Shown piece after piece: positions 53,574-64,000 of a stretch of 64,000 bases of DNA. Both the position numbers and the translations under genes were made by a program. The notes under the pieces were generated by a model, which did not search any database, was not told the origin of the DNA, and was given only the letters and a program-made list of their open reading frames with translations. The stretch comes from an uncultured delta proteobacterium. Its GTDB lineage: Bacteria > Desulfobacterota > Desulfobacteria > Desulfobacterales > UBA2156. Position 1 is the stretch's first letter, and each line of letters starts with the position of its first letter. The DNA is taken from contig CAVTQK010000006.1 in NCBI GenBank assembly GCA_963736855.1, positions 1 to 64,000 of the forward strand. The letters run 5' to 3'.

Positions 53574-54113
53574 TTAATTTCTGAATGGCATACCCATGAG
53601 ACGGAGCAGTTCCTTACCCTCCTCGTCCGTCCTTGCCGTGGTGACAACGCTGATGTTGAGGCCTTTGATCTTTTCGATCTTGTCGTAATCGATCTCGGGG
53701 AATATAATGTGTTCCCGAACCCCCAGAGAATAATTTCCGCTCCCGTCAAAAGCTTTTGAAGATAGTCCCTTGAAATCGCGGACCCGGGGCAGGGCCACAT
53801 TCACCAGTTTGCTATAAAAGTCGTACATCCTGTCCCTTCGAAGCGTGACCATGCAACCGATGGGCATTCCGGCCCTAAGTTTGAATGCCGCGATGGATTT
53901 CTTGGCTCGGGTAATCACCGGCCGCTGACCGGAAAGACCTTGAAGTTCCTCTACAGCACTATCCAAAAGTTTCATATTTTGGGAGGCCTCTCCCAACCCC
54001 ATGTTCAGCACGATCTTTTCCAGTCGCGGAACTTGCATGACATTCTTGTAGTTGAAGATCTTGATGAGCTGGGGAACGACTTCCTGTCGGTAGTATATTT
54101 CAAGCTGTGTCAT
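53574..54113 (-). CDS. rplE: 50S protein L5
   Basis: [14 protein letters not shown]. Confidence 0.97.
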   Translation of the reverse strand: MTQLEIYYRQEVVPQLIKIFNYKNVMQVPRLEKIVLNMGLGEASQNMKLLDSAVEELQGLSGQRPVITRAKKSIAAFKLRAGMPIGCMVTLRRDRMYDFYSKLVNVALPRVRDFKGLSSKAFDGSGNYSLGVREHIIFPEIDYDKIEKIKGLNISVVTTARTDEEGKELLRLMGMPFRN

Positions 54114-54131
54114 CCCTGACCCCGATTCCTC

Positions 54132-54458
54132 TTAATGATCCATCAGTTCGCCACACTTGCGGCAAACTCGTACTTTTTTTCCGTCGTCGAGTTGCTTCGT
54201 TTTAACCCGAACCGTCGCCAGACATTTATCGCACATCACCATCACATTGGACCAATGAACGGATGCTTCCATCTCCACGATCCCACCCTGTCGCTGCTTT
54301 GCCGAGGGTCGCGTGTGACGCTTAACCTTGTTGACATTTTCAACAAGGATACGATCTTTTTTCCGGTTCACCTTTAGGACCTTACCGATCTTACCGCGGT
54401 CTTTTCCGACGATCACTTTGACCTTGTCATCCTTCTTGATTCGGCATCTATCCCTCAT
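54132..54458 (-). CDS. rplX: 50S protein L24
   Basis: KOW motif GKDRGK.G, GGI..EA.VH.SNV. Confidence 0.96.
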   Translation of the reverse strand: MRDRCRIKKDDKVKVIVGKDRGKIGKVLKVNRKKDRILVENVNKVKRHTRPSAKQRQGGIVEMEASVHWSNVMVMCDKCLATVRVKTKQLDDGKKVRVCRKCGELMDH

Positions 54459-54523
54459 TGCTCATCCGATCTCCATTGCCTTTTTAACCATCGTTTTCAT
54501 CGATTCCCGAGCCGATATCCTAT

Positions 54524-54892
54524 TCACAAGACCTCCGGTGCCAAAGAAATGATCTTCATGAACCGCTTGGCCCGAAGCTCCCTGGCTACGGGACCGAATA
54601 TCCGAGTTCCGATCGGCTCTTTACTTGCATTGATCAAAACCGCCGAATTGTCATCGAATCGGATGAAGGATCCGTCCGGTCTGCGAACCGCCTTTTTGGT
54701 CCTCACCACCACCGCCTTGAGCACGTCTCCTTTTTTGACCTTGGCATTGGGAATGGCCTCTTTGACGGATACGACAATGATATCGCCCACTCGTGCATAT
54801 CTCCTTCTCGAGCCGCCAAGGACCTTGACACAATATAAAATTTTGGCCCCGGAATTATCTGCCGCCGTTAACCTGGTTTCTGTCTGAATCAT
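54524..54892 (-). CDS. rplN: 50S protein L14
   Basis: [21 protein letters not shown]. Confidence 0.98.
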   Translation of the reverse strand: MIQTETRLTAADNSGAKILYCVKVLGGSRRRYARVGDIIVVSVKEAIPNAKVKKGDVLKAVVVRTKKAVRRPDGSFIRFDDNSAVLINASKEPIGTRIFGPVARELRAKRFMKIISLAPEVL

Positions 54893-54914
54893 TTCCCTAT
54901 CTTCCTCACATGGA

Positions 54915-55172
54915 TCACACGGCTTTTTTAACGATGGAGCTGACTCGCCATTTTTTGGTTTTGCTCAGGGGTCTCGACTCGGTGATGAGCACCTTGTCTC
55001 CTACCCGGCAGGCATTCTCTTCATCATGAGCTGAAAATTTGGCATGCCTGCGAACGTACTTTTTATACAACGGGTGCATCACCAGGCGTTCCACCTTGAC
55101 GATGACCGTTTTATTCATTTTGTCGCTGACTACGGTCCCGATGATCTGTCGTTTCATCCCTCGATTTTTCAT
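54915..55172 (-). CDS. rpsQ: 30S protein S17
   Basis: [16 protein letters not shown]. Confidence 0.97.
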   Translation of the reverse strand: MKNRGMKRQIIGTVVSDKMNKTVIVKVERLVMHPLYKKYVRRHAKFSAHDEENACRVGDKVLITESRPLSKTKKWRVSSIVKKAV

Positions 55173-55186
55173 TCCGGCTTCTCGTG

Positions 55187-55390
55187 TTAATTTTCGTTTT
55201 TCAATGATGCTGTTTCCCGAATGATCGTCCGGATTCGGGCGATGTCCCGCCGAGTCTGTTGAATCCGCTTCGGATTTTCGAGTTGCCCGATCTCGTGCTG
55301 AAAGCGCAGGTTGAAGAGGGCTTCCGTCAACTCGTTCATCTTGCGATGTTGTTCTTCCGGGCTCAACTCCCGGATCTCACTGGCCTTCAT
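55187..55390 (-). CDS. rpmC: 50S protein L29
   Basis: LFNLRFQ, RRDIARI.T. Confidence 0.96.
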   Translation of the reverse strand: MKASEIRELSPEEQHRKMNELTEALFNLRFQHEIGQLENPKRIQQTRRDIARIRTIIRETASLKNEN

Positions 55391-55803
55391 TAATCCTCTT
55401 CCCTTTCAATGAATCTGGTTTTGACCGACAACTTGAAGGCAGCCAGACGCAAGGCCTCCATGGCCACATCCCGGGAAACCCCTTCCATTTCATACAGAAT
55501 TCTTCCGGGACGCACGATGGCGGTCCATCCCTCCGGGATCCCTTTGCCGCTTCCCATCCGGGTTTCCGCCGGTTTCTTGGTGACCGGCTTATCCGGGAAA
55601 ATCCGGATCCAAATCTTTCCGCCTCTTTTGGCCCGTCGGGTCATGGCGATCCGTGCCGCTTCGATCTGCCTAGCCGATATCGCACCGCACTCCATCGTCT
55701 GGAGACCGTATTTGCCGAAAGCCAAGGTAGATCCTCTCAGGGCCTTCCCTCTCATTCTCCCCTTTTGCTGCTTACGAAATTTGACCTTTTTCGGGCTGAG
55801 CAT
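55390..55803 (-). CDS. rplP: 50S protein L16
   Basis: [15 protein letters not shown]. Confidence 0.97.
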   Translation of the reverse strand: MLSPKKVKFRKQQKGRMRGKALRGSTLAFGKYGLQTMECGAISARQIEAARIAMTRRAKRGGKIWIRIFPDKPVTKKPAETRMGSGKGIPEGWTAIVRPGRILYEMEGVSRDVAMEALRLAAFKLSVKTRFIEREED

Positions 55804-55815
55804 CGAACGTGTCTC

Positions 55816-56466
55816 CTATGCCTCCATCACGGACTGCTCTTTTTTAAGGACCTCTCCGTGGAAAATGAACACTTTCACCCCAATGATCCCGTGGGTGGTC
55901 TTGGACTGGGTGAAGCCGTAATCGATATCCGCTCTTAAGGTATGAAGAGGGATTCTTCCTTCCTTGTACCATTCCGTCCTGGCCATTTCTGCGCCGGCCA
56001 GACGCCCCGAGCAGATGATCTTGATCCCTTTGGCTCCGAAGCGCATGGCAGAGGATACACTGCGCTTCATCGCCCGGCGAAAAGCTACCCGCCTTTCGAT
56101 CTGAAGGGCCACATTTTCAGCCACCAACTGCGCATTAATCTCGGGTTTCCGAACCTCTTGGATGTCTATGAGGATTTCGGAGGGCACAAGGGCTTCCAGC
56201 TCCTTCTTAAGCTGAGCGATCTCTGCGCCTTTCTTCCCGATGACGATCCCGGGCCGGGATGTATGAATTCTCAGTCGAATCCGGTTGGAAGCTCTTTCAA
56301 TTTCGACCTTTGATATACCTGCATGAAAAAGCTTCTTCTTGACGAAATTTCGGATTTTGTGGTCTTCAAGGACATAATCGGCGTAATTCTTGCCGCCATA
56401 CCATCTCGAGTCCCATGTCTTGATGATCCCCAGCCTCAAGCCGATCGGATTGACTTTTTGGCCCAA
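55816..56466 (-). CDS. rpsC: 30S protein S3
   Basis: [23 protein letters not shown]. Confidence 0.97.
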   Translation of the reverse strand: MGQKVNPIGLRLGIIKTWDSRWYGGKNYADYVLEDHKIRNFVKKKLFHAGISKVEIERASNRIRLRIHTSRPGIVIGKKGAEIAQLKKELEALVPSEILIDIQEVRKPEINAQLVAENVALQIERRVAFRRAMKRSVSSAMRFGAKGIKIICSGRLAGAEMARTEWYKEGRIPLHTLRADIDYGFTQSKTTHGIIGVKVFIFHGEVLKKEQSVMEA

Positions 56467-56480
56467 TGCGTTCCTCCCTG

Positions 56481-56819
56481 CTATATCGACTTTTCGGTCA
56501 AATGAACCGTAATATGGGCGGTTCGTTTCAGGATCCGAACCCCCCGACCCCTCGCCTTTGCGCGGAACCGTTTCAATGTCGGTCCGGAATCGGCTGTGAT
56601 ATTTTGAATCACCAGCTTATCCACATCCAGGTCGGCCCTTTGATTCGCATTGGCGACGGCGCTGCGGATGACTTTTTCCACCAATTCGGCACCCTTCTGT
56701 GGCATGAATTTAAGCGCTTCCAGTCCGGCTTGAACCGGTTTTCCTTTTAAATCTCCGATCAGCTTGCGCACCTTGATCGGAGAGATATGCACATATTTGG
56801 CTTTTGCTTTTACTTCCAC
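56481..56819 (-). CDS. rplV: 50S protein L22
   Basis: SAVANA, ARGR, HITV. Confidence 0.96.
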   Translation of the reverse strand: MEVKAKAKYVHISPIKVRKLIGDLKGKPVQAGLEALKFMPQKGAELVEKVIRSAVANANQRADLDVDKLVIQNITADSGPTLKRFRAKARGRGVRILKRTAHITVHLTEKSI

Positions 56820-56899
56820 TTTCTACGTTCCTTTTTTCATCGCTGGGTGCACATCAATCCTATCTGCTCTGTATGTACTTCGCTGCAAATTCTGGATAG

Positions 56900-57181
56900 T
56901 TACTTCTTGATGGCTGTTTTCTTATTTCCGGAATGCCCGAAAAACGTTCGAGTGGGAGAAAATTCTCCCAGCTTATGGCCCACCATATTCTCCGATATGA
57001 AAACGGGAATAAACTTTTTACCGTTGTGCACCGCGAGCGTGATGCCGACCATTTCAGGAACGATCGTGGATCGCCTGGACCATGTCTTGATCACACGGTT
57101 GCTTCGGCTCTCCTGGGCCTGCATGACCTTTTTCATAACCTTAGGCTCGATATAAGGGCCTTTTTTTATGGAACGCGGCAT
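56900..57181 (-). CDS. rpsS: 30S protein S19
   Basis: RSIKKGP, GHKLGEF.PTR. Confidence 0.97.
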   Translation of the reverse strand: MPRSIKKGPYIEPKVMKKVMQAQESRSNRVIKTWSRRSTIVPEMVGITLAVHNGKKFIPVFISENMVGHKLGEFSPTRTFFGHSGNKKTAIKK

Positions 57182-57245
57182 AATGTCTCCTATAAACCCC
57201 AGCCTCCCTCTCTGACCAGGGAAACCATTAAGGGCCTCTTGGGGG

Positions 57246-58073
57246 CTATTTCTTTTTCCGACTCTTTACGATATATTGATTACTCATTTTATTCTTCCGG
57301 GTATTGTACCCCTTGGTGGGTTTTCCCCACGGGGTACAAGGATGACGACCGCCTGAAGATTTCCCTTCTCCGCCTCCCATAGGATGATCCACAGGGTTCA
57401 TGGCCACCCCTCGAACCCGAGGCCGCCAACCCATCCATCGTTTCCGGCCGGCTTTTCCTATAGAAAGGTTTGCATGTTCCACATTTCCCAGTTGACCAAT
57501 AGTAGCCTTGCATTCCAAAAGAATCTTCCTGAGTTCCCCGGAAGGAAGCTTCACCAAAGCATAAGGCGCCTCTTTGGCCATGAGTTGGGCATAGGTGCCG
57601 GCACTGCGAACGATCTGCCCCCCTTTTCCTATACGCATTTCGATATTGTGGATCTGGGTTCCCAGAGGAATATTTTTCAAAGGCAAGGCGTTTCCCGGTT
57701 TGATATCCGCGTCCGGGCCTGAAACCACCACATCATCGACAGCCATATTCTGGGGAGCCAGAATATACCGCTTTTCTCCATCTGCATAATAAAGCAGGGC
57801 AATTCTGACACTCCGGTTCGGATCGTACTCAATGGCCGCCACCTTTGCCGGGATATTTATTTTATCCCTCTTGAAATCGATGATCCGATAGCGCTGCTTG
57901 TGGCCAGCTCCCCTATGCCGGCTGGTGATCCTCCCATAAACGTTGCGCCCGCCGCTTTCTTTGAGCTTTACTGTGAGTCGCTTTTCCGGTCGTTCCTTGG
58001 TAACCTCTTGAAAATCCGAATAGGTCTGGAATCGTCTGCCGGGTGATGTCGGATTTTTCTTTTTCAGCGCCAT
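57246..58073 (-). CDS. rplB: 50S protein L2
   Basis: [24 protein letters not shown]. Confidence 0.98.
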   Translation of the reverse strand: MALKKKNPTSPGRRFQTYSDFQEVTKERPEKRLTVKLKESGGRNVYGRITSRHRGAGHKQRYRIIDFKRDKINIPAKVAAIEYDPNRSVRIALLYYADGEKRYILAPQNMAVDDVVVSGPDADIKPGNALPLKNIPLGTQIHNIEMRIGKGGQIVRSAGTYAQLMAKEAPYALVKLPSGELRKILLECKATIGQLGNVEHANLSIGKAGRKRWMGWRPRVRGVAMNPVDHPMGGGEGKSSGGRHPCTPWGKPTKGYNTRKNKMSNQYIVKSRKKK

Positions 58074-58151
58074 CTTCCTTCCTCGCTGCTGTTCTTATCG
58101 AAACCGTCTTTCAGATCCTGCCGTCTTTTTTCTGCGCGGTGATTAACACGA

Positions 58152-58439
58152 TCATGCGCCCTCAAATATATCAATTCGCTCTCCGGGAGCCAACGTCACG
58201 ATCGCTTTCTTCCAATTCTTGCGTTTTCCCACTATTCGCCCCCGTCGCTTGACCTTGCCTCTTACATGCGCGGTGCAAACCCCGGTCACTTTCACCTTGA
58301 AAATGTTCTCCACGGCGCGATGTATTTCGATCCGATTAGCATCCGGATCCACCTCGAAGGTGACCTGGTTGGCCTTCTCCTTCTGAAGAGTCGTCTTTTC
58401 GCTGACGACTGGTCGCTTGATGATGTCATACCCGGTCAT
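58152..58439 (-). CDS. rplW: 50S protein L23
   Basis: [13 protein letters not shown]. Confidence 0.96.
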   Translation of the reverse strand: MTGYDIIKRPVVSEKTTLQKEKANQVTFEVDPDANRIEIHRAVENIFKVKVTGVCTAHVRGKVKRRGRIVGKRKNWKKAIVTLAPGERIDIFEGA

Positions 58440-59059
58440 GGCAAGAGTCTCCCTTGAATCCCCGAGATGGAAGCTTCTAACAGAATAAGCGTCTGGTGCT
58501 TCAACACATCGTATACGTTGAGGCCTTCCACCCTCAGGATCTTCACATCCGGAACATTTCTGGACGACCGTTCCAGGGTTTCATTTTTTTGGTCGGTAAT
58601 GATCAAGGCGTTCTTCACATTGAGTCCCTTAAGGGCCTTGACAAAATCCCGTGTCTTGATGCGGGGCAGGCCGAATTGGTCAAGAACCAATAGGGAGTCC
58701 TCTTTGAGCTTATCGCTTAGCGCCATCTTCAGAGCCAGCTTCCTGATCTTTTTAGGTAGCATAAACCGATACGAGCGGTCGTCCGGGCCGAAGATCACCC
58801 CTCCCCCTCTCAAAAGCGGAGACTTGATATCGCCGCGGCGGGCTCTTCCGGTGCCTTTCTGACGATAGAGTTTCCGGGTGCTGCCGCTCACATCGTGGCG
58901 ATGCTTCACCGATGCCGTCTGAGACCGTCGGTTGGCAAGCTGCATGGTCACCACCTGGTGCAAGACCTCGGCCTTTACCGGTACGTTGAAAATGGCATCC
59001 GGGAGCTCGACTTTGGAAACCGCTTCTCCATTGATATTTCTGACATCTAAAACCGCCAT
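58436..59059 (-). CDS. rplD: 50S protein L4
   Basis: [16 protein letters not shown]. Confidence 0.97.
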   Translation of the reverse strand: MAVLDVRNINGEAVSKVELPDAIFNVPVKAEVLHQVVTMQLANRRSQTASVKHRHDVSGSTRKLYRQKGTGRARRGDIKSPLLRGGGVIFGPDDRSYRFMLPKKIRKLALKMALSDKLKEDSLLVLDQFGLPRIKTRDFVKALKGLNVKNALIITDQKNETLERSSRNVPDVKILRVEGLNVYDVLKHQTLILLEASISGIQGRLLP

Positions 59060-59132
59060 GTTTATCCTCGCTTTAGAGCCTCCCGTTTCGGCCTATCGGC
59101 ATCCCGCCAACGGGGGCGACGATCGATTCCCT

Positions 59133-59765
59133 TCATCGGGGCCGGCGTGCCTTATAAATTTCCACCAACCCGGATATGGGCCCGGGCACAGCCCCTTTCA
59201 AAAAAAGGAGATGATCATTAACCCTGACTTCCACAATCTCCAGGTTTCGAATTGTTCTTCTCTCATTTCCGAAACGGCCTGGGAGTTTTTTCCCTTTAAT
59301 TACCCGGGAAGGCCATGCACTGGATCCGACGGATCCGGGCGGACGTTCATTATGACTCCCGTGGGTCTTGGGTCCCCGATGAAAGCCGTGTCGCTTGATG
59401 GTTCCCGCAAATCCTCTTCCTTTGGTAGTCCCGGCAACGTTCACTCGCTCCCCCACTTGAAACAGATCCGGTCCTATCTCCTGCCCGAGCTGATACCCGC
59501 TCGGATCATCCACCGGGAACTCCTTCAGATGAACGAATCCTTTTCCGCCGCTTTTTAGGAAATGCCCCTTCTGCGGCCGGTTCACTTTGGTCTCCTTTTT
59601 TGGGCCGAACCCTATCTGTACGGCATTGTAACCGTCTCTGGCCATGGTCTTGATCTGGGTAATGACACACGGACCTGTTTGGATGACGGTAATCGGTATC
59701 ATCGCTCCGTCGGAAGTAAAAAGGCCCGTCATTCCCAACTTCTTTCCCAACATACCTTTACTCAT
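59133..59765 (-). CDS. rplC: 50S protein L3
   Basis: GKKLGMT, KGRGFAG, KGAVPG. Confidence 0.97.
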   Translation of the reverse strand: MSKGMLGKKLGMTGLFTSDGAMIPITVIQTGPCVITQIKTMARDGYNAVQIGFGPKKETKVNRPQKGHFLKSGGKGFVHLKEFPVDDPSGYQLGQEIGPDLFQVGERVNVAGTTKGRGFAGTIKRHGFHRGPKTHGSHNERPPGSVGSSAWPSRVIKGKKLPGRFGNERRTIRNLEIVEVRVNDHLLFLKGAVPGPISGLVEIYKARRPR

Positions 59766-59819
59766 ATTATGATCCCTGTTTTTCGAGTGGTCCGCGATCG
59801 CCGCCGTCTTTTCGAGTCT

Positions 59820-60134
59820 TTAAAGTTTGATCTCCACATCCACACCGGGCGATAGATCCAGCTTCATCAAGGCATCCACCGTCTGCTGCGTCGGATCAAC
59901 AATGTCAAGAAGGCGCTTGTGCGTCCGCACCTCAAATTGCTCTCTCGATTTTTTATCAATATGGGGAGATCTCAAGACACAGTATTTGTTGATCCGGGTG
60001 GGGAGCGGAATCGGGCCCACCACCTTAGCCCCCGTCTTGTTCGCCGTATCCACGATATCCAGCGTCGCCTGGTCCAAAAGCTTGTGATCGTATGCCCTAA
60101 GTCTGATCCTAATTTTGGTGCCCATCATGTCCAT
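59820..60134 (-). CDS. rpsJ: 30S protein S10
   Basis: IRIRL.AYDH, GPIPLPT, SREQFE. Confidence 0.97.
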   Translation of the reverse strand: MDMMGTKIRIRLRAYDHKLLDQATLDIVDTANKTGAKVVGPIPLPTRINKYCVLRSPHIDKKSREQFEVRTHKRLLDIVDPTQQTVDALMKLDLSPGVDVEIKL

Positions 60135-60146
60135 CTTCTTTCCGAC

Positions 60147-61340
60147 TTATTCCAAAATTTCGCTGACGACGCCGGCGCCCACGGTGCGGCCCCCTTCCCG
60201 AATCGCAAACCGAAGCTCCTTCTCCATCGCAATCGGCGTAATCAACTCCGCCACAATCGCCACGTTGTCCCCAGGCATCACCATCTCCACACCCTCAGGC
60301 AATACCAACGACCCCGTTACATCCGTCGTCCGAAAATAAAACTGCGGCCGATACCCCGAAAAAAACGGCGTGTGCCGACCCCCCTCCTCCTTACTCAATA
60401 CGTAAACCTCCGCCTTAAACCTCCTGTGCGGCTTGATCGACCCGGGTACCGCTATCACCTGCCCCCGCTCCACTTCCTCACGCTTCGTCCCCCGCAACAA
60501 CAACCCCACATTGTCCCCAGCTCGACCCTCATCCAATAACTTCCGAAACATCTCTACACCCGTACATACCGTCTTCACCGTCGGACGAATCCCTACAATC
60601 TCTACCTCATCCCCTACCTTGACCACCCCACGATCCACACGACCCGTCACCACCGTCCCACGACCCGATATGCTGAAAACATCCTCTATCGGCATCAAAA
60701 ACGGCTTCTCTATATCCCGCTGCGGCTCCGGTATGTAACTGTCTATCGCATCCATTAACTCAAATATACACTTGGCATCCGCACTGCCCGGATCATCACT
60801 CTCCAACGCCTTCAATGCACTCCCACGAATAATCGGCGTCTCATCCCCAGAAAATTCATACTTGTCCAATAACTCCCTTAACTCCAACTCCACTAACTCA
60901 ATCAACTCCGGATCATCTACCATGTCACACTTGTTCAAAAATACCACAATCCGCGGTACCCCTACCTGACGCGCTAATAAAATATGCTCCCGAGTCTGCG
61001 GCATCGGCCCATCATCCGCACCTACAACCAGTATCGCCCCATCCATCTGCGCCGCACCCGTAATCATATTCTTAATGTAATCCGCATGCCCAGGACAATC
61101 TACATGCGCATAATGCCGCTTCGCTGTCTCATACTCCACATGCGCCGTCGCAATCGTGATCCCCCGCGCCTTCTCCTCCGGCGCCTTGTCAATCTGATCA
61201 AACGGCACATACTCCGCTAAACCCTTCTTCGCTAACTGCTTCGTAATCGCCGCCGTTAACGTCGTCTTCCCATGATCAATATGCCCAATCGTCCCTACAT
61301 TCACATGCGGCTTCGTCCGCTCAAACTTTACCTTCGCCAT
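60147..61340 (-). CDS. tuf: Elongation factor Tu
   Basis: [29 protein letters not shown]. Confidence 0.99.
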   Translation of the reverse strand: MAKVKFERTKPHVNVGTIGHIDHGKTTLTAAITKQLAKKGLAEYVPFDQIDKAPEEKARGITIATAHVEYETAKRHYAHVDCPGHADYIKNMITGAAQMDGAILVVGADDGPMPQTREHILLARQVGVPRIVVFLNKCDMVDDPELIELVELELRELLDKYEFSGDETPIIRGSALKALESDDPGSADAKCIFELMDAIDSYIPEPQRDIEKPFLMPIEDVFSISGRGTVVTGRVDRGVVKVGDEVEIVGIRPTVKTVCTGVEMFRKLLDEGRAGDNVGLLLRGTKREEVERGQVIAVPGSIKPHRRFKAEVYVLSKEEGGRHTPFFSGYRPQFYFRTTDVTGSLVLPEGVEMVMPGDNVAIVAELITPIAMEKELRFAIREGGRTVGAGVVSEILE

Positions 61341-61366
61341 CTCACACTCCTCCCTGGGATGATAAC

Positions 61367-61837
61367 TTACCAGCGATAATGGGCAAATGCCTTGTTGGCT
61401 TCGGCCATTTTGTGCGTATCTTCTTTCTTTTTGACGGATGCCCCTCTTTGGCTCGCCGCGTCCATCAATTCTCCCGCTAATTTTTTGGCCATCCCTTTTT
61501 CAGACCGGCTCCGTGCATAGCTGATAATCCATCTAATCCCCAGCGCCGCACGCCTTGACGAGCGGATTTCTGTTGGAACCTGGTAGGTCGAACCACCAAC
61601 TCTTCTCGATTTTACCTCGATGATCGGTTTAACATTCTCGATGGCCTGCTCAAAAATCTTCATGGGCGATTCATTGACCTTCTTTTCGATCATCTCAAAC
61701 GCACTGTAAAGAATCGATTCAGCAGTGCTCTTTTTTCCGTCTTTCATCAGAGCGTTGATGAACCGGGCTACAAGCTTGCTATCGTAACTGGGATCGGCGA
61801 CGGTGTCCCTTATCGGAACTTCTCTTCTCCTGGGCAT
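61367..61837 (-). CDS. rpsG: 30S protein S7
   Basis: [25 protein letters not shown]. Confidence 0.98.
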   Translation of the reverse strand: MPRRREVPIRDTVADPSYDSKLVARFINALMKDGKKSTAESILYSAFEMIEKKVNESPMKIFEQAIENVKPIIEVKSRRVGGSTYQVPTEIRSSRRAALGIRWIISYARSRSEKGMAKKLAGELMDAASQRGASVKKKEDTHKMAEANKAFAHYRW

Positions 61838-61910
61838 ATAAGTTTCCTACTTATCTTTCATCTCTTTCTTCGGTTTTCGTATCAAACCACAACCTTCCCT
61901 ATCTTCAAGA

Positions 61911-62282
61911 TTACTTCGGCTTTTTTGCCCCATATTTAGATCGGCCTTTCTTCCGATCTTCGACCCCGAGCGTGTCCAAGGTCCCTCGGATGACATGGTA
62001 TCGCACGCCCGGAAGATCCTTAACCCTCCCGCCTCGCACCAGGACAACGGAGTGCTCTTGGAGATTGTGTCCGATGCCCGGAATATAAGCGGTAACCTCA
62101 GTTCCACTTGTCAGCCTTACCCTTGCTACCTTTCTCAGTGCTGAGTTGGGCTTTTTAGGTGTCGAGGTATAGACCCGGGTGCATACCCCACGTTTCTGAG
62201 GTGCTCCTTTCAGAGCCGGGGTGGTGATTTTTCTTCTGGCCCTCTTTCTGCCTTTTCGAATCAGTTGATTGATGGTCGGCAT
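61911..62282 (-). CDS. rpsL: 30S protein S12
   Basis: [26 protein letters not shown]. Confidence 0.98.
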   Translation of the reverse strand: MPTINQLIRKGRKRARRKITTPALKGAPQKRGVCTRVYTSTPKKPNSALRKVARVRLTSGTEVTAYIPGIGHNLQEHSVVLVRGGRVKDLPGVRYHVIRGTLDTLGVEDRKKGRSKYGAKKPK

Positions 62283-62383
62283 GAGATCCCTTTCGTCTTC
62301 GATTAAAATCCGGCAACGCCCGCGATTTCGGCACTCTTGCGACCGTACCGGATTATTCGACAAGTTTAATTATAAAAATTCAG

Positions 62384-62412
62384 AAGTTAGCTTGCTAACA
62401 GATAATTGTCAA
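62384..62412 (-). promoter_or_regulatory. Putative sigma70 promoter of the str operon
   Basis: TTGACA-17 bp-TAACTT upstream of rpsL. Confidence 0.6.
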
Positions 62413-62449
62413 GTCTTATTATTGTTTAAAATCCTTTCCTTCCGCCTTT

Positions 62450-64000
62450 TTATTCCGCTACTATTTCCAATCGGATGCCCTCTTCGCTATATCTGGAAAA
62501 ACCGCTTCCGGCCGGGATCAGTCTTCCCATGATGACATTTTCTTTGAGCCCACGAAGGCGATCCACGGAACCGGTGATGCTCGCATCCGTTAAGACTTTT
62601 GTGGTCTCCTGAAAAGATGCGGCTGAAATAAAGCTGTCTGTGCTCAAAGAAGCCTTGGTCACCCCCAGGATGAGAGGTTCGGCAACAGCCGGTTTCCCCC
62701 CATTGGCCGTCATCACCTTGTTGACCCTTTCAAATTGCATCCGATCCACATTTTCCTCGGGTATAAAATCGGTATCGCCCACATCGATAACCTTCACGCG
62801 CTTCATCATCTGCCGGACAATCACCTCGATATGCTTGTCGTTGATACGGACGCCCTGTAGCCGATACACTTCCTGGACCTCGTCAACCAGGTACCGGGCC
62901 AACGCCACCTCTCCCTTGATGTTCAGAATGTCCTGGGGCACTGAGGATCCACTGATAAGGGCTTCTCCGGCGCGCACATAGTCCCCTTCATAGACGTTGA
63001 TGTGCTTGCCCCGAGGAATCAGATATTCTTTTTTATCACCTGCATCCAACGGCGTAACGGTGATCTTCTGTTTTCCTTTCTTGGTGTCCTTTGAAACCGA
63101 AACATACCCATCGATTTGGCTGAGGATCGCTGTGTCCTTGGGCTTTCTCACCTCGAAGAGTTCCGCCACACGGGGCAAACCACCGGTGATATCTTTGGTC
63201 TTGGTGGTGGCTCTGGGGAGCTTGGCGATGACATCTCCGGCCTTGACCGTGTCTCCCTCTTCTACGAGTAAAATGGCATTGTTGGGAAGAAAATATCGAG
63301 CCATGCCCGAAGATTTTAGAAGCTTTGCGGTTTTACCGGCTTCGTCCTTGATGGAGATCCGAGGCCGAACCTCGGCACTCTTGGATTCGATGATCGTTCG
63401 GCTCGACTTTCCTGTCACCGGATCCACTTTCTCCTGCAGGGTCTTCCCGGGCTCGATGTCTCCAAACTTGACGGTACCGTCCACCTCCGTGATAATAGGC
63501 GTCGTAAAGGGATCCCATGTGGCCAGAAGATCCCCCACCCGAACGACCTTGCCGTCTTCAACCAGAAGAAGCGCCCCATAAATGACGGGATACCGCTCCC
63601 GTTCTCTGCCGGTTTCGCTGATAATAGCAAACTCGCCTCCGCGTCGGTTCATGACGACGTTTTTATTCTCAGCATTCTTGACGATATTGAGATCGATATA
63701 CTTGATATTCCCTTCCACCCGAGCCTTAATATCGGCCTGTTCTACCCGTCGGCTTGCCGTACCGCCGATATGAAAAGTCCGCATGGTCAGCTGGGTTCCG
63801 GGTTCACCAATGGATTGCGCTGCCAGTATCCCCACCGCCTGACCGATTTCGATAAGATTGCCATGGCTTAGATCCCGGCCATAACACCTGGCGCACACTC
63901 CGAACTCGGCCCTGCAGGTGAGCACTGAACGGATCTTGACCTTTGTCAGCCCGGCGCTTTCTACCCGGTTGATGGCCTTTTCATCCAGCATCTCCCCGGT
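62450..64000 (-). CDS. rpoC: RNA polymerase beta' subunit, 3' part (runs off the window)
   Basis: SIGEPGTQLTMRTFH, DITGGLPRV, SAASFQET, GLKENVI.G. Confidence 0.98.
   Translation of the reverse strand, partial: TGEMLDEKAINRVESAGLTKVKIRSVLTCRAEFGVCARCYGRDLSHGNLIEIGQAVGILAAQSIGEPGTQLTMRTFHIGGTASRRVEQADIKARVEGNIKYIDLNIVKNAENKNVVMNRRGGEFAIISETGRERERYPVIYGALLLVEDGKVVRVGDLLATWDPFTTPIITEVDGTVKFGDIEPGKTLQEKVDPVTGKSSRTIIESKSAEVRPRISIKDEAGKTAKLLKSSGMARYFLPNNAILLVEEGDTVKAGDVIAKLPRATTKTKDITGGLPRVAELFEVRKPKDTAILSQIDGYVSVSKDTKKGKQKITVTPLDAGDKKEYLIPRGKHINVYEGDYVRAGEALISGSSVPQDILNIKGEVALARYLVDEVQEVYRLQGVRINDKHIEVIVRQMMKRVKVIDVGDTDFIPEENVDRMQFERVNKVMTANGGKPAVAEPLILGVTKASLSTDSFISAASFQETTKVLTDASITGSVDRLRGLKENVIMGRLIPAGSGFSRYSEEGIRLEIVAE

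Overview
Chromosomal segment of an anaerobic Desulfobacterota-type (deltaproteobacterial) bacterium; taxonomy is inferred from gene content and protein style. Most of it is housekeeping. From 45.0 to 64 kb (minus strand) lie the 3' part of rpoC and the str/S10/spc/alpha ribosomal-protein superoperon, which here lacks fusA and adk. The rest carries smc-ftsY-HU, ligA, def-fmt-rsmB-PASTA-rpe, ribF, tRNA-Leu(CAG), djlA, a NIL-ferredoxin/mnmA/mtaB cluster, a TRAP transporter with CoA-transferase genes, an amino-acid ABC transporter, a PPi-dependent phosphofructokinase, a CooC-like ATPase and a Ski2-like helicase. Two accessory patches stand out. (1) 0.3-4.2 kb: an integrase-less array of integron-like cassettes with attC hairpins (DUF2971 gene, membrane sensor-like gene, truncated EEP nuclease, two gene-less mini-cassettes). 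It sits exactly between the two halves of what reconstructs as a 28-bp dif/Xer site, and is bracketed by two decayed left ends of an IS1202/ISNCY-like element. This is the best candidate for an undescribed system. (2) 31.1-32.8 kb: a decayed islet after tRNA-Leu with IS21, IS91 and ISL3 remnants and an AT-rich TPR lipoprotein gene. Also seen: two MITE-like elements, a frameshifted ftsY, and a tuf gene that almost entirely avoids C at third codon positions. All family assignments come from motif recognition by eye; no database searches were run.
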